42,969 nucleotides of DNA from an uncultured Gammaproteobacteria bacterium (GTDB taxonomy: Bacteria; Patescibacteriota; Microgenomatia; UBA10105; UBA927). The DNA is taken from contig CAZVTJ010000001.1 in NCBI GenBank assembly GCA_964630015.1, forward strand, positions 1 through 42,969, written 5' to 3'. Both the position numbers and the translations under genes were made by a program. The notes under the pieces are model-generated. The model searched no databases. It worked only from the letters and a program-made list of their open reading frames with translations, and had not been told where the DNA came from. Shown in pieces: positions 9,968-17,612 of the stretch. The first letter of the stretch is position 1; each line of letters starts with the position of its first letter.

Positions 9968-11263
9968 ATGGCCAACGTTCCTTCGACAACCATTTACGGC
10001 GTGTATTCCAGGGAAATTCTCGATTCCCGTGGTACTCCGACCGTGGAAACAACGGTCATTCTGGAAAGCGGCTACCGCGGGACTGCTTGTGTTCCATCCG
10101 GTGCATCTGTCGGATCCAATGAGGCATTTGAGCTGCGGGATAAAGATCCCAACCGGTATTTGGGTATGGGGGTGCTCAAAGCAGTTGCCAACGTCAATAG
10201 CATCATAGGACCTGCAGTCAAAGGGAAAAATGCGGTTGACCAAAAAGGTCTTGATGAACTCATGATTTCCCTTGACGGGACGGAGAATAAATCAAAACTT
10301 GGGGCAAATGCGATTCTGTCGATATCCCTTGCAGCAGCTGTTGCCGCATCGTCTGCCACATCGGTACCGCTCTACCGGTACCTGAATTTTCTGTATTCCG
10401 GATACCATAAAGTGGATATGACCCGCATTCCATCGCCACTGTTTAACATCATCAATGGCGGGAAACATGCATCATGGAACCTTGATTTCCAGGAATTCCA
10501 TATCATTCCGGCATCCAATAAATCCTTTTCGCAGGCACTCCAGATCGGTGTGGAAATCTACAATAGCCTGAAGGATATTCTAATCAATCGGAATGCTTCC
10601 CATAATGTGGGTGATGAGGGCGGATTTGCACCGACGTTATTTACCAATATCGATGGTCTTGAAGTCATATCCGAGGCAATCCGTAATACCCCCCACCGGC
10701 TCAATCTTGATGTATTCTTGGGTCTTGATCTTGCCGCATCCAATTTTAAAAAAGATCGTGGGTATCATATTAAGGACCGCCCTGTTGCCTATACGGCAAA
10801 CGAATTTATTGCATTCCTAAAGGAATTGTACGAAAAATACCATCTGTTACTTATTGAAGATGCTTTGGAGGAAAACGATTGGTCATCCTGGACGCGTCTG
10901 ACCGCAGAACTTGGCAAACAGGTTCTCATCGTCGGAGATGACCTCTGCGTTACCAACTCCAAACGGCTGGAAAAGGCGATTGCCGAAAAAAGCTGTACCG
11001 CACTTATCATAAAACCCAACCAGATCGGAACACTTACGGAAGTTTTCCGGACGATCAAAATGGCAGACGAACATGACATCAAAACCGTCCTTTCCCACAG
11101 GTCGGGTGAAACAAACGATACGTTTATTGCCGATCTGGCCGTTGCAGTGCAAAGCGATTATGTAAAATTCGGTGCTCCCGCACGGGGAGAACGCATTGCA
11201 AAATATAACCGGCTCCTGCAGATTGAAACGGAGCTCTTGTATTTAGCACAGAAAAAATCATGA
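9968..11263 (+). CDS. eno: Enolase
   Basis: Motifs SREILDSRGTPTVE, IKPNQIGTLTE and SHRSGETNDTFIADLAV. Confidence 0.95.
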   Translation: MANVPSTTIYGVYSREILDSRGTPTVETTVILESGYRGTACVPSGASVGSNEAFELRDKDPNRYLGMGVLKAVANVNSIIGPAVKGKNAVDQKGLDELMISLDGTENKSKLGANAILSISLAAAVAASSATSVPLYRYLNFLYSGYHKVDMTRIPSPLFNIINGGKHASWNLDFQEFHIIPASNKSFSQALQIGVEIYNSLKDILINRNASHNVGDEGGFAPTLFTNIDGLEVISEAIRNTPHRLNLDVFLGLDLAASNFKKDRGYHIKDRPVAYTANEFIAFLKELYEKYHLLLIEDALEENDWSSWTRLTAELGKQVLIVGDDLCVTNSKRLEKAIAEKSCTALIIKPNQIGTLTEVFRTIKMADEHDIKTVLSHRSGETNDTFIADLAVAVQSDYVKFGAPARGERIAKYNRLLQIETELLYLAQKKS

Positions 11264-13374
11264 GAGACCTGCAGAAACTCTTTTACCCTTCCGCAATTGC
11301 CGTTATCGGTGCATCAAGAAACGAACATTCCGTCGGGGGAACACTCCTGTCCAACATCATCCGGTATGGCTACAGCGGCAAAGTCTATCCCGTTAATCCC
11401 AGTGCCGAAACGATCGCAAACATCCCCTGTTTTCCCGATGTTGCCCATATCGGACAACCGGTTGATCTGGCCATAATCATTGTTCCCTCCCCAGCAGTTC
11501 CCGATGTGCTGACCCAATGCGGAGAGAATCACATTCCCCATGCGGTCATCATTTCATCCGGTTTTGGGGAATTGGGGGACGAAGGCAAAAAAAAGGAAGC
11601 GGATATTGTTGCGATTGCCAAGCAATACTCCATATCGCTGATCGGTCCAAATTGCCTTGGTATTTTGAATCCCTCCATCCACTTAAACGCCTCTTTTGCG
11701 GGGAATAATCCGATGCCGGGACCGATTGCGTTTATTTCCCAAAGCGGTGCGATCTGCGCATCCATGATTGATTATGCCAATGAACTTCGGATCGGATTTT
11801 CCAAATTCGTTTCCATCGGAAACAAAGCGGATATTAACGAATACGACATTATGGAGTATTGCCTGACGGATCCTGATACGAAGGTATTGTGCCTGTATGC
11901 GGAATCGCTGTATGATGCCCCGCGGCTTCTTGGGCTTGCACAGAAGCTTTCATCAGCAAATCCGCCAAAACCGATTGTCATTCTCAAAGCCGGACAAACC
12001 GACGAAGGGTCAAAAGCCGCTAGGTCCCATACCGGCTCCGTCAGCGGAAATGCAAAAGCCTACGCGGCACTTTTTTCCCAGGCAAATATTACCCGTGTCG
12101 ATACGATCGAGGATTTGCTTACCACTGCAACCTGTTTTGCATACAATAGTGTTCCCACAGGAAACGGGGTTGCAATTTTGACAAATGCCGGAGGGCCGGG
12201 AATCCTGGCTACCGATACTGCGGTAGCAAGCGGGCTTACCATGGCCCAATACGAGGAAAAAACAAAATCCGAACTGACGGAAATTGTTGCTCCCGTCGGC
12301 CACAGCGCAAATCCCATGGATGTTTTGGGCGATGCGCCGGCAATCCGCTACGAAAAAGGGTTGCGCGCACTTATTACCGACACTACCGTTTCCAGCATAG
12401 TGACCATTCTTACACCCCAGTCAACAACCGAAGTCGAAGAAACCGCCAAGGTAATCACGGACCTGAAGCAAACGACGCAAAAACCCATTACCGCATCGTT
12501 TATGGGTGATGCAACAGTCCAAAAAGGAATAGTGTATCTTCGGGATCATGCGGTTGCCACATTTCGGTATCCGGAAGACGCCGTCCGCTCGATCGGTGCA
12601 CTCACTACCTATGCAGTTCGAAGGAATGAAACCGCGGTTGCGCTTCCCGAAAGCCAAAAAATACCACTGGAAAACGCTGTTTCGGTAAAAATTGCTAATC
12701 ATCAACCGCTCGTTCTTACGGACGCCGCCCGGCTTGTGGCATCCTATGGATTCCGTGTTCCTGAGAGCATTAAAACCAATCCGATTCCGACCGATGCGGA
12801 CGCCCAGGCTCTTACGGCAATGAAGACAGATATGTGTGTCGTTAAGGTTATTTCGGAGCAGATTTCCCATAAAACCGATGTCGGCGGGGTAGCGCTTTCC
12901 GTTCCGAAACAGCAGGTTATGGCCGCAATTGCATCCATGAAGCTTACCCTTGCCAAAACCGCACCGAATGCGACGATTGAGGGATTTTTGGTGAGTGAAA
13001 TGGCAGACCAGCTTAATGCCGTTGAACTGCTGGTTGGCTTCCGGCGGGAAAAAGGGCTCGGTACGGTCATCGTGTGCGGGACGGGCGGCATTCTGGTTGA
13101 ACTGCAGGGGGATGTGGCCATGCAGTTTGACCCTTCAACAAAGACGGGATGGACCCATGTACTCCGGAAGCTCAAGATTGCTTCCATCATTAACGGATAC
13201 CGGGGAAAAGAAAGCTACTGTTGGGACGATCTCTACACTGCCATTTCGGCCGTAACAGAGCTATCACGGGATTATCCGTCCATTTCGGAGCTGGACATTA
13301 ATCCGCTTTGCATCTATCCCGGACGCACCGGCAAACGTCCGGTTGCCCTTGATATCCGCGTTTCACTTGAGTGA
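11260..13374 (+). CDS. ADP-forming acetyl-CoA synthetase (fused alpha/beta, acetate--CoA ligase)
   Basis: N-terminal CoA-binding AVIGASRNEHSVGG, succinyl-CoA-synthetase-like ISQSGA and HTGS(V) histidine loop, C-terminal ATP-grasp half. 704 aa. ATGA overlap with eno. Confidence 0.8.
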   Translation: MRDLQKLFYPSAIAVIGASRNEHSVGGTLLSNIIRYGYSGKVYPVNPSAETIANIPCFPDVAHIGQPVDLAIIIVPSPAVPDVLTQCGENHIPHAVIISSGFGELGDEGKKKEADIVAIAKQYSISLIGPNCLGILNPSIHLNASFAGNNPMPGPIAFISQSGAICASMIDYANELRIGFSKFVSIGNKADINEYDIMEYCLTDPDTKVLCLYAESLYDAPRLLGLAQKLSSANPPKPIVILKAGQTDEGSKAARSHTGSVSGNAKAYAALFSQANITRVDTIEDLLTTATCFAYNSVPTGNGVAILTNAGGPGILATDTAVASGLTMAQYEEKTKSELTEIVAPVGHSANPMDVLGDAPAIRYEKGLRALITDTTVSSIVTILTPQSTTEVEETAKVITDLKQTTQKPITASFMGDATVQKGIVYLRDHAVATFRYPEDAVRSIGALTTYAVRRNETAVALPESQKIPLENAVSVKIANHQPLVLTDAARLVASYGFRVPESIKTNPIPTDADAQALTAMKTDMCVVKVISEQISHKTDVGGVALSVPKQQVMAAIASMKLTLAKTAPNATIEGFLVSEMADQLNAVELLVGFRREKGLGTVIVCGTGGILVELQGDVAMQFDPSTKTGWTHVLRKLKIASIINGYRGKESYCWDDLYTAISAVTELSRDYPSISELDINPLCIYPGRTGKRPVALDIRVSLE

Positions 13375-14067
13375 GAAAAGAAGTACGAATTCACCCTTCG
13401 GATGGGAAAATTTGGAAATCATATCCAGAACCGGACCTGAAACGACTTCCTCATGGACTTTGGTAAGTTCCCGGGCAACGGTAATGTCGATATTTCCAAT
13501 TATGGATGCCAGAAGCGTCAGGAACTTTTCCAATTCGTATGGGGAAATATAGAACACCACCGTGGGATGCAGGTCGGGATTTGCAATCGTCATCTGCCGA
13601 AGAGATGTTAACAGACGAGTGCGGTTGGACGGTTTTTCCGGCGGGAATCCGTAAAACAGAAGCGGTGTGGTGGGAAGGCCCGAGGCAACAAGGGCGGCAA
13701 GCAATGCCGATGCCCCGGGGACGACAACAATCGGAATATTTTTTTTGCGGCACAGCGCAACCAGCATGTATCCGGGATCGGACAATACCGGCGTTCCTGC
13801 ATCGGAACACAGGACGATATCCCGCCCGTTTTCCAGCATTTCCAATAGCTCCGGATTACGTTTGCTTTCCGTAAACCGGTCATAGCGGATAAAAGTATGG
13901 TGGACTGGCTCCGTGTGACCGCGCTCTTCGTATGTATGGACAAGGAGGGATGTGCGTTTCGTATCTTCACAGACGATCACGGGGGCCTGCAGCAGTATTG
14001 TTTTCGCCCGCAGGGTTATATCGTCTAGATTACCGATCGGCGTTGACACACAAAAAAGCGTTCCCAT
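13363..14067 (-). CDS. rsmI: 16S rRNA (cytidine1402-2'-O)-methyltransferase
   Basis: [21 protein letters not shown] and [12 protein letters not shown] motifs. Start taken at ATG (complement of 14065-14067); an upstream GTG at 14091 is possible. The 3' end overlaps the ACS gene by 12 nt. Confidence 0.85.
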   Translation of the reverse strand: MGTLFCVSTPIGNLDDITLRAKTILLQAPVIVCEDTKRTSLLVHTYEERGHTEPVHHTFIRYDRFTESKRNPELLEMLENGRDIVLCSDAGTPVLSDPGYMLVALCRKKNIPIVVVPGASALLAALVASGLPTTPLLFYGFPPEKPSNRTRLLTSLRQMTIANPDLHPTVVFYISPYELEKFLTLLASIIGNIDITVARELTKVHEEVVSGPVLDMISKFSHPKGEFVLLFSLK

Positions 14068-14142
14068 ATAATAGCTGTACACGGCGCACACTACATTCCG
14101 CGCCTTTTTTATTGTATAGGGGTATCATATCAGGAAACTACT

Positions 14143-14805
14143 ATGAACATCATCATGAGTGTGTTTGAATTTTTCCTCCATATCGACAAGCATTTAAATA
14201 CCATTATCCAGACATATGGGGCCCTTTCATACGCACTTCTGTTTTTTGTCATCTTTATGGAAACGGGGTTTGTAGTGACGCCATTCCTTCCCGGTGATTC
14301 GCTTATTTTTGCCGCAGGTGCATTTGCCGCAGTCGGATCGTTCCATATCGTACCGCTGTGGCTGCTTCTTGTGGTTGCAGCAATTCTGGGCGATACGGCA
14401 AACTACTGGATCGGTCATACGATCGGGCCGAAAGCATTCAGCGGGAAAATCAGGTTTCTGAAAAAGGAATATCTGGATAAAACGCATGCGTATTTCGAAA
14501 AGTACGGCGGGAAAACGATCATTATTGCCCGGTTCGTACCGATTGTGCGCACGTTTGCCCCGTTTGTTGCCGGTGTCGGGAAAATGACGTACGGTCATTT
14601 CATTTCCTTTAACGTTATCGGTGGTCTATTGTGGGTAACGCTCTTTACTTTCGGTGGGTATTTCTTCGGAAATCTGGAATTCGTGAAGAAGAATTTTTCC
14701 ATCGTCATATTTGCCATCATCGGCATTTCAGTACTTCCGGCAGTCATTGAGTATATAAAGGAAAAACGGCTAGCCAAAAAAGCGCCGGCAGAAGTAAAAG
14801 AATAA
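14143..14805 (+). CDS. DedA-family membrane protein
   Basis: Motifs [18 protein letters not shown] and [17 protein letters not shown], with several hydrophobic segments. Confidence 0.85.
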   Translation: MNIIMSVFEFFLHIDKHLNTIIQTYGALSYALLFFVIFMETGFVVTPFLPGDSLIFAAGAFAAVGSFHIVPLWLLLVVAAILGDTANYWIGHTIGPKAFSGKIRFLKKEYLDKTHAYFEKYGGKTIIIARFVPIVRTFAPFVAGVGKMTYGHFISFNVIGGLLWVTLFTFGGYFFGNLEFVKKNFSIVIFAIIGISVLPAVIEYIKEKRLAKKAPAEVKE

Positions 14806-14850
14806 TCCGTATTTTTATATACAGTAACTTTATACCGTATACAGAATTAC

Positions 14851-15477
14851 TTACGAGCTATATTTTCTGATAACTCCGATCACACGCCCTTGGATCTTCA
14901 CATGTGTCGTAAAAATGGGGGACATAGCTGCATTTGCAGGCATGAGTTTTATCCGGTCCTTTTCGAAATAGATTCGCTTGAGCGTTGCCATGCCGTTTGG
15001 TAAGAGGGCAACAACGATATCTCCGTTTGATGCATCGTCCTGATGCTGGATAACCACATAGTCGCCATCTAGAATGCCGTCATCGATCATGGATGTTCCC
15101 TTCACCTGCAGCACATAATTTGCCTTGTTATTGGAAATCATGGAGGGGGCAACCGACAGATAGGAATTTGGGTCCGTATATGGCTCAAGAGGCTGCCCTG
15201 CCGCAATAAACCCAAGTACCGGAAGCTCGACAGCCGCTTCATACGTACCGCTGCGGTAGCGTTCGTGGAGAATTTCGATACCGCGTGCCGTACCGTCAAG
15301 CTTTTTTATGTACCCCTTTTGCCGGAGATTTTCCAGATGTTCGTGGACCGTCGCAACGGAACCTATTCCGGTCGCCTCACCGATTTCCCGGAGCGTTGGC
15401 GCATAGCCAAACCGCTGGACAAATTGCGTGATAAAATCAAGAAGTTCGCGTTCTTTTGTATATAATGTAGGAGGCAT
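14851..15477 (-). CDS. lexA: LexA repressor
   Basis: N-terminal wHTH REIGEATGIGSVATVHEHLENLRQKGYI. S24 peptidase Ser in VKGTSMID and Lys in ATLKR. Start trimmed from ORF end 15780 to ATG (complement of 15475-15477, MPPTLYTKE...). Confidence 0.85.
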   Translation of the reverse strand: MPPTLYTKERELLDFITQFVQRFGYAPTLREIGEATGIGSVATVHEHLENLRQKGYIKKLDGTARGIEILHERYRSGTYEAAVELPVLGFIAAGQPLEPYTDPNSYLSVAPSMISNNKANYVLQVKGTSMIDDGILDGDYVVIQHQDDASNGDIVVALLPNGMATLKRIYFEKDRIKLMPANAAMSPIFTTHVKIQGRVIGVIRKYSS

Positions 15478-15501
15478 AGCGTTACCCAAACATCCTTTCC
15501 T

Positions 15502-15516
15502 GTATACCAGTAATAC
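15502..15516. promoter_or_regulatory. Candidate LexA operator 1 (GTATACCAGTAATAC; GTAT-N7-ATAC, followed by CC)
   Basis: Inverted repeat in the lexA/uvrB divergent intergenic region. It overlaps the predicted lexA -10. Confidence 0.45.
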
Positions 15517-15539
15517 CCTAAAAAAAGGCGAATTGTCAA
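15510..15539 (-). promoter_or_regulatory. Putative lexA promoter (TTGACA-18 nt-TATTAC)
   Basis: The perfect -35 TTGACA (complement of 15534-15539) shares 5 bp with the uvrB -35. The -10 is the complement of 15510-15515. Confidence 0.4.
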
Positions 15540-15561
15540 CAGGGATTTTTTGGGGTAGTAT
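15533..15561 (+). promoter_or_regulatory. Putative uvrB promoter (TTGTCA-17 nt-TAGTAT)
   Basis: Hexamers at 15533-15538 and 15556-15561, 32 nt upstream of the uvrB ATG. Confidence 0.4.
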
Positions 15562-15572
15562 GGGTACTATAC
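15558..15572. promoter_or_regulatory. Candidate LexA operator 2 (GTATGGGTACTATAC; GTAT-N7-ATAC, followed by CC)
   Basis: Second copy of the same half-site arrangement. It overlaps the predicted uvrB -10. Confidence 0.45.
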
Positions 15573-15592
15573 CCGAATAAAACCCAATCATT

Positions 15593-17590
15593 ATGTTTGC
15601 ACTCACGTCACCATATACGCCAAACGGCGACCAGCCGGAGGCAATTGCTTCACTTATCGACAACATTACCCGTGGCAAAAACCAGCAGGTACTTATCGGC
15701 GTGACCGGAAGCGGTAAAACGTTTACCATCGCAAACGTCATCCAGAAACTCCAACTCCCGACGCTTGTGATTTCCCACAATAAAACGCTTGCCGGCCAGC
15801 TCTACCAGGAATTCAAGGAATTCTTCCCGCACAATGCCGTTTCGTATTTCGTATCCTATTACGACTACTACCAGCCGGAGGCATATATTCCCGCATCGGA
15901 TACGTATATCGAGAAGGAAACGCAGATCAACGAAGAAATCGACAAACTTCGCCTGGCGGCAACAATGAACATCCTGACGCGCCCCGACACGATTACCGTC
16001 GCGTCGGTTTCCTGTATCTATAACATCGGATCACCCAGGGAGTACGGACAATTCGTTCTGGAAGGCAGAGTCGGGATGGAACTTTCCCAAACGGCAGTCA
16101 TAAACCGCCTGGTGACGCTCCAGTATGCCAGGAATGACTGGGAGGGTCAGCGCGGGACATTCCGGGTCCGGGGGGATGCCATCGATATCTTTTTGGCATA
16201 TACGGATACCGTTATTCGTTTGGAATTTGGCGATTCACGGCTTGTATCCGTAGAAGAACGGGCAAAAACGGATCTTGCCCTGCTGTCCAAACCCGATGTC
16301 TTCGTTATCTACCCGGCAAAACACTTCATGACGGATACGTCATCCAACAAAGAGATATTTGATCAGATCGAACGGGATATGGAGACGCAGGTTGAGACGT
16401 TTACCAAACAGGGGAAAGTCGTGGAAGCGTTCCGGATTAAACAGCGCGTCACCCATGATCTGGAAATGATCCGGGAGATGGGATACGTCAACGGTATCGA
16501 AAACTATTCACGGTATTTTGAACAGCGCAAACCGGGTGATGCGCCCTATACCCTGTTTGACTATTATTCCCAAACATATAAACAATGGCTTCTGGTGATC
16601 GACGAATCCCATATGACGATCCCGCAGGTCCGGGGTATGTACAACGGCGACCGGAGCAGGAAGCAGACTCTTATCGATTTCGGGTTCCGGTTGCCCGCAG
16701 CACTGGATAACCGGCCGCTGACGTTTGACGAATTTTTACGCCGTACGCCCTCAACCATTTATGTATCCGCAACACCGGACGATTGGGAACTTTCCTACAC
16801 CAACCAAACCGTAGTGGAACAATTCGTCCGTCCGACCGGACTTGTCGATCCGGAGGTGGAGGTACGGCCCTCAAGCGGCCAGATTGCCGACGTGATGAAG
16901 GAAATCCAGATACGGGTAGACAAACACGAGCGGGTACTGGTGACGACACTCACCAAACGGATTGCCGAAGACCTGACCGACTATCTGAAAGAACGGGCAA
17001 TCCGCGTATCATACCTGCATTCCGATGTGGAAACCCTTGACCGCAGCGATATTTTAACGGAGCTCAGAAAAGGTACCATTGACGTGATAATTGGCGTCAA
17101 TCTGCTCCGGGAGGGCCTTGATCTGCCGGAAGTATCACTTGTCGTTATTTTGGATGCGGATAAGGAAGGGTTTCTGCGGAGCCGCACAAGCCTTATCCAA
17201 ACTATGGGCAGGGCAGCGCGGAACGTCGGCGGGAAGGTCATTTTATATGCCGATAGGGTAACGCGGTCCATGAAACAGGCAATGGATGAGGTATCACGCC
17301 GAAGGAGCGTCCAGGAGGAATGGAATAGAAAGCACAATATTACCCCCACGACGATTTCAAAATCCATCAGGCCAGACCTGGCACAGCGATCACATGAGGA
17401 AAACGGCGGTACGGTTAAAGATCCCGAAGTCATTCTTGGTTCCATTCATCCGGACGAGTTAACCCCGGCCGATATTACCGAAAAAATCAAATACCTTACC
17501 CAGCTAATGAAGGAAAGCAGTAAGAAACTCGACTTCGAAACGGCAATGCAGTATCGCGATACGATACGGGAACTGAAAAAACGGGTATAA
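15593..17590 (+). CDS. uvrB: Excinuclease ABC subunit B
   Basis: GVTGSGKTF Walker A, DESH box, helicase C motifs, C-terminal UVR domain (FETAMQYRDTIRELK). Confidence 0.95.
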   Translation: MFALTSPYTPNGDQPEAIASLIDNITRGKNQQVLIGVTGSGKTFTIANVIQKLQLPTLVISHNKTLAGQLYQEFKEFFPHNAVSYFVSYYDYYQPEAYIPASDTYIEKETQINEEIDKLRLAATMNILTRPDTITVASVSCIYNIGSPREYGQFVLEGRVGMELSQTAVINRLVTLQYARNDWEGQRGTFRVRGDAIDIFLAYTDTVIRLEFGDSRLVSVEERAKTDLALLSKPDVFVIYPAKHFMTDTSSNKEIFDQIERDMETQVETFTKQGKVVEAFRIKQRVTHDLEMIREMGYVNGIENYSRYFEQRKPGDAPYTLFDYYSQTYKQWLLVIDESHMTIPQVRGMYNGDRSRKQTLIDFGFRLPAALDNRPLTFDEFLRRTPSTIYVSATPDDWELSYTNQTVVEQFVRPTGLVDPEVEVRPSSGQIADVMKEIQIRVDKHERVLVTTLTKRIAEDLTDYLKERAIRVSYLHSDVETLDRSDILTELRKGTIDVIIGVNLLREGLDLPEVSLVVILDADKEGFLRSRTSLIQTMGRAARNVGGKVILYADRVTRSMKQAMDEVSRRRSVQEEWNRKHNITPTTISKSIRPDLAQRSHEENGGTVKDPEVILGSIHPDELTPADITEKIKYLTQLMKESSKKLDFETAMQYRDTIRELKKRV

Positions 17591-17612
17591 TAATAGGTCA
17601 CGGTATTTTCCT

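Noticed and set aside
14809-14822. GTATTTTTATATAC between the convergent dedA and lexA 3' ends, as a third LexA box.
   Set aside because: The spacer is 6 nt, not 7. The site is AT-only and lies at the 3' ends of both genes, not at a promoter.
14851-15780. Long 309-aa version of the lexA ORF extending to 15780.
   Set aside because: The first 101 codons run through the intergenic promoter region and antisense to the uvrB 5' end. LexA homology begins at MPPTLYTKE (ATG at the complement of 15475-15477).
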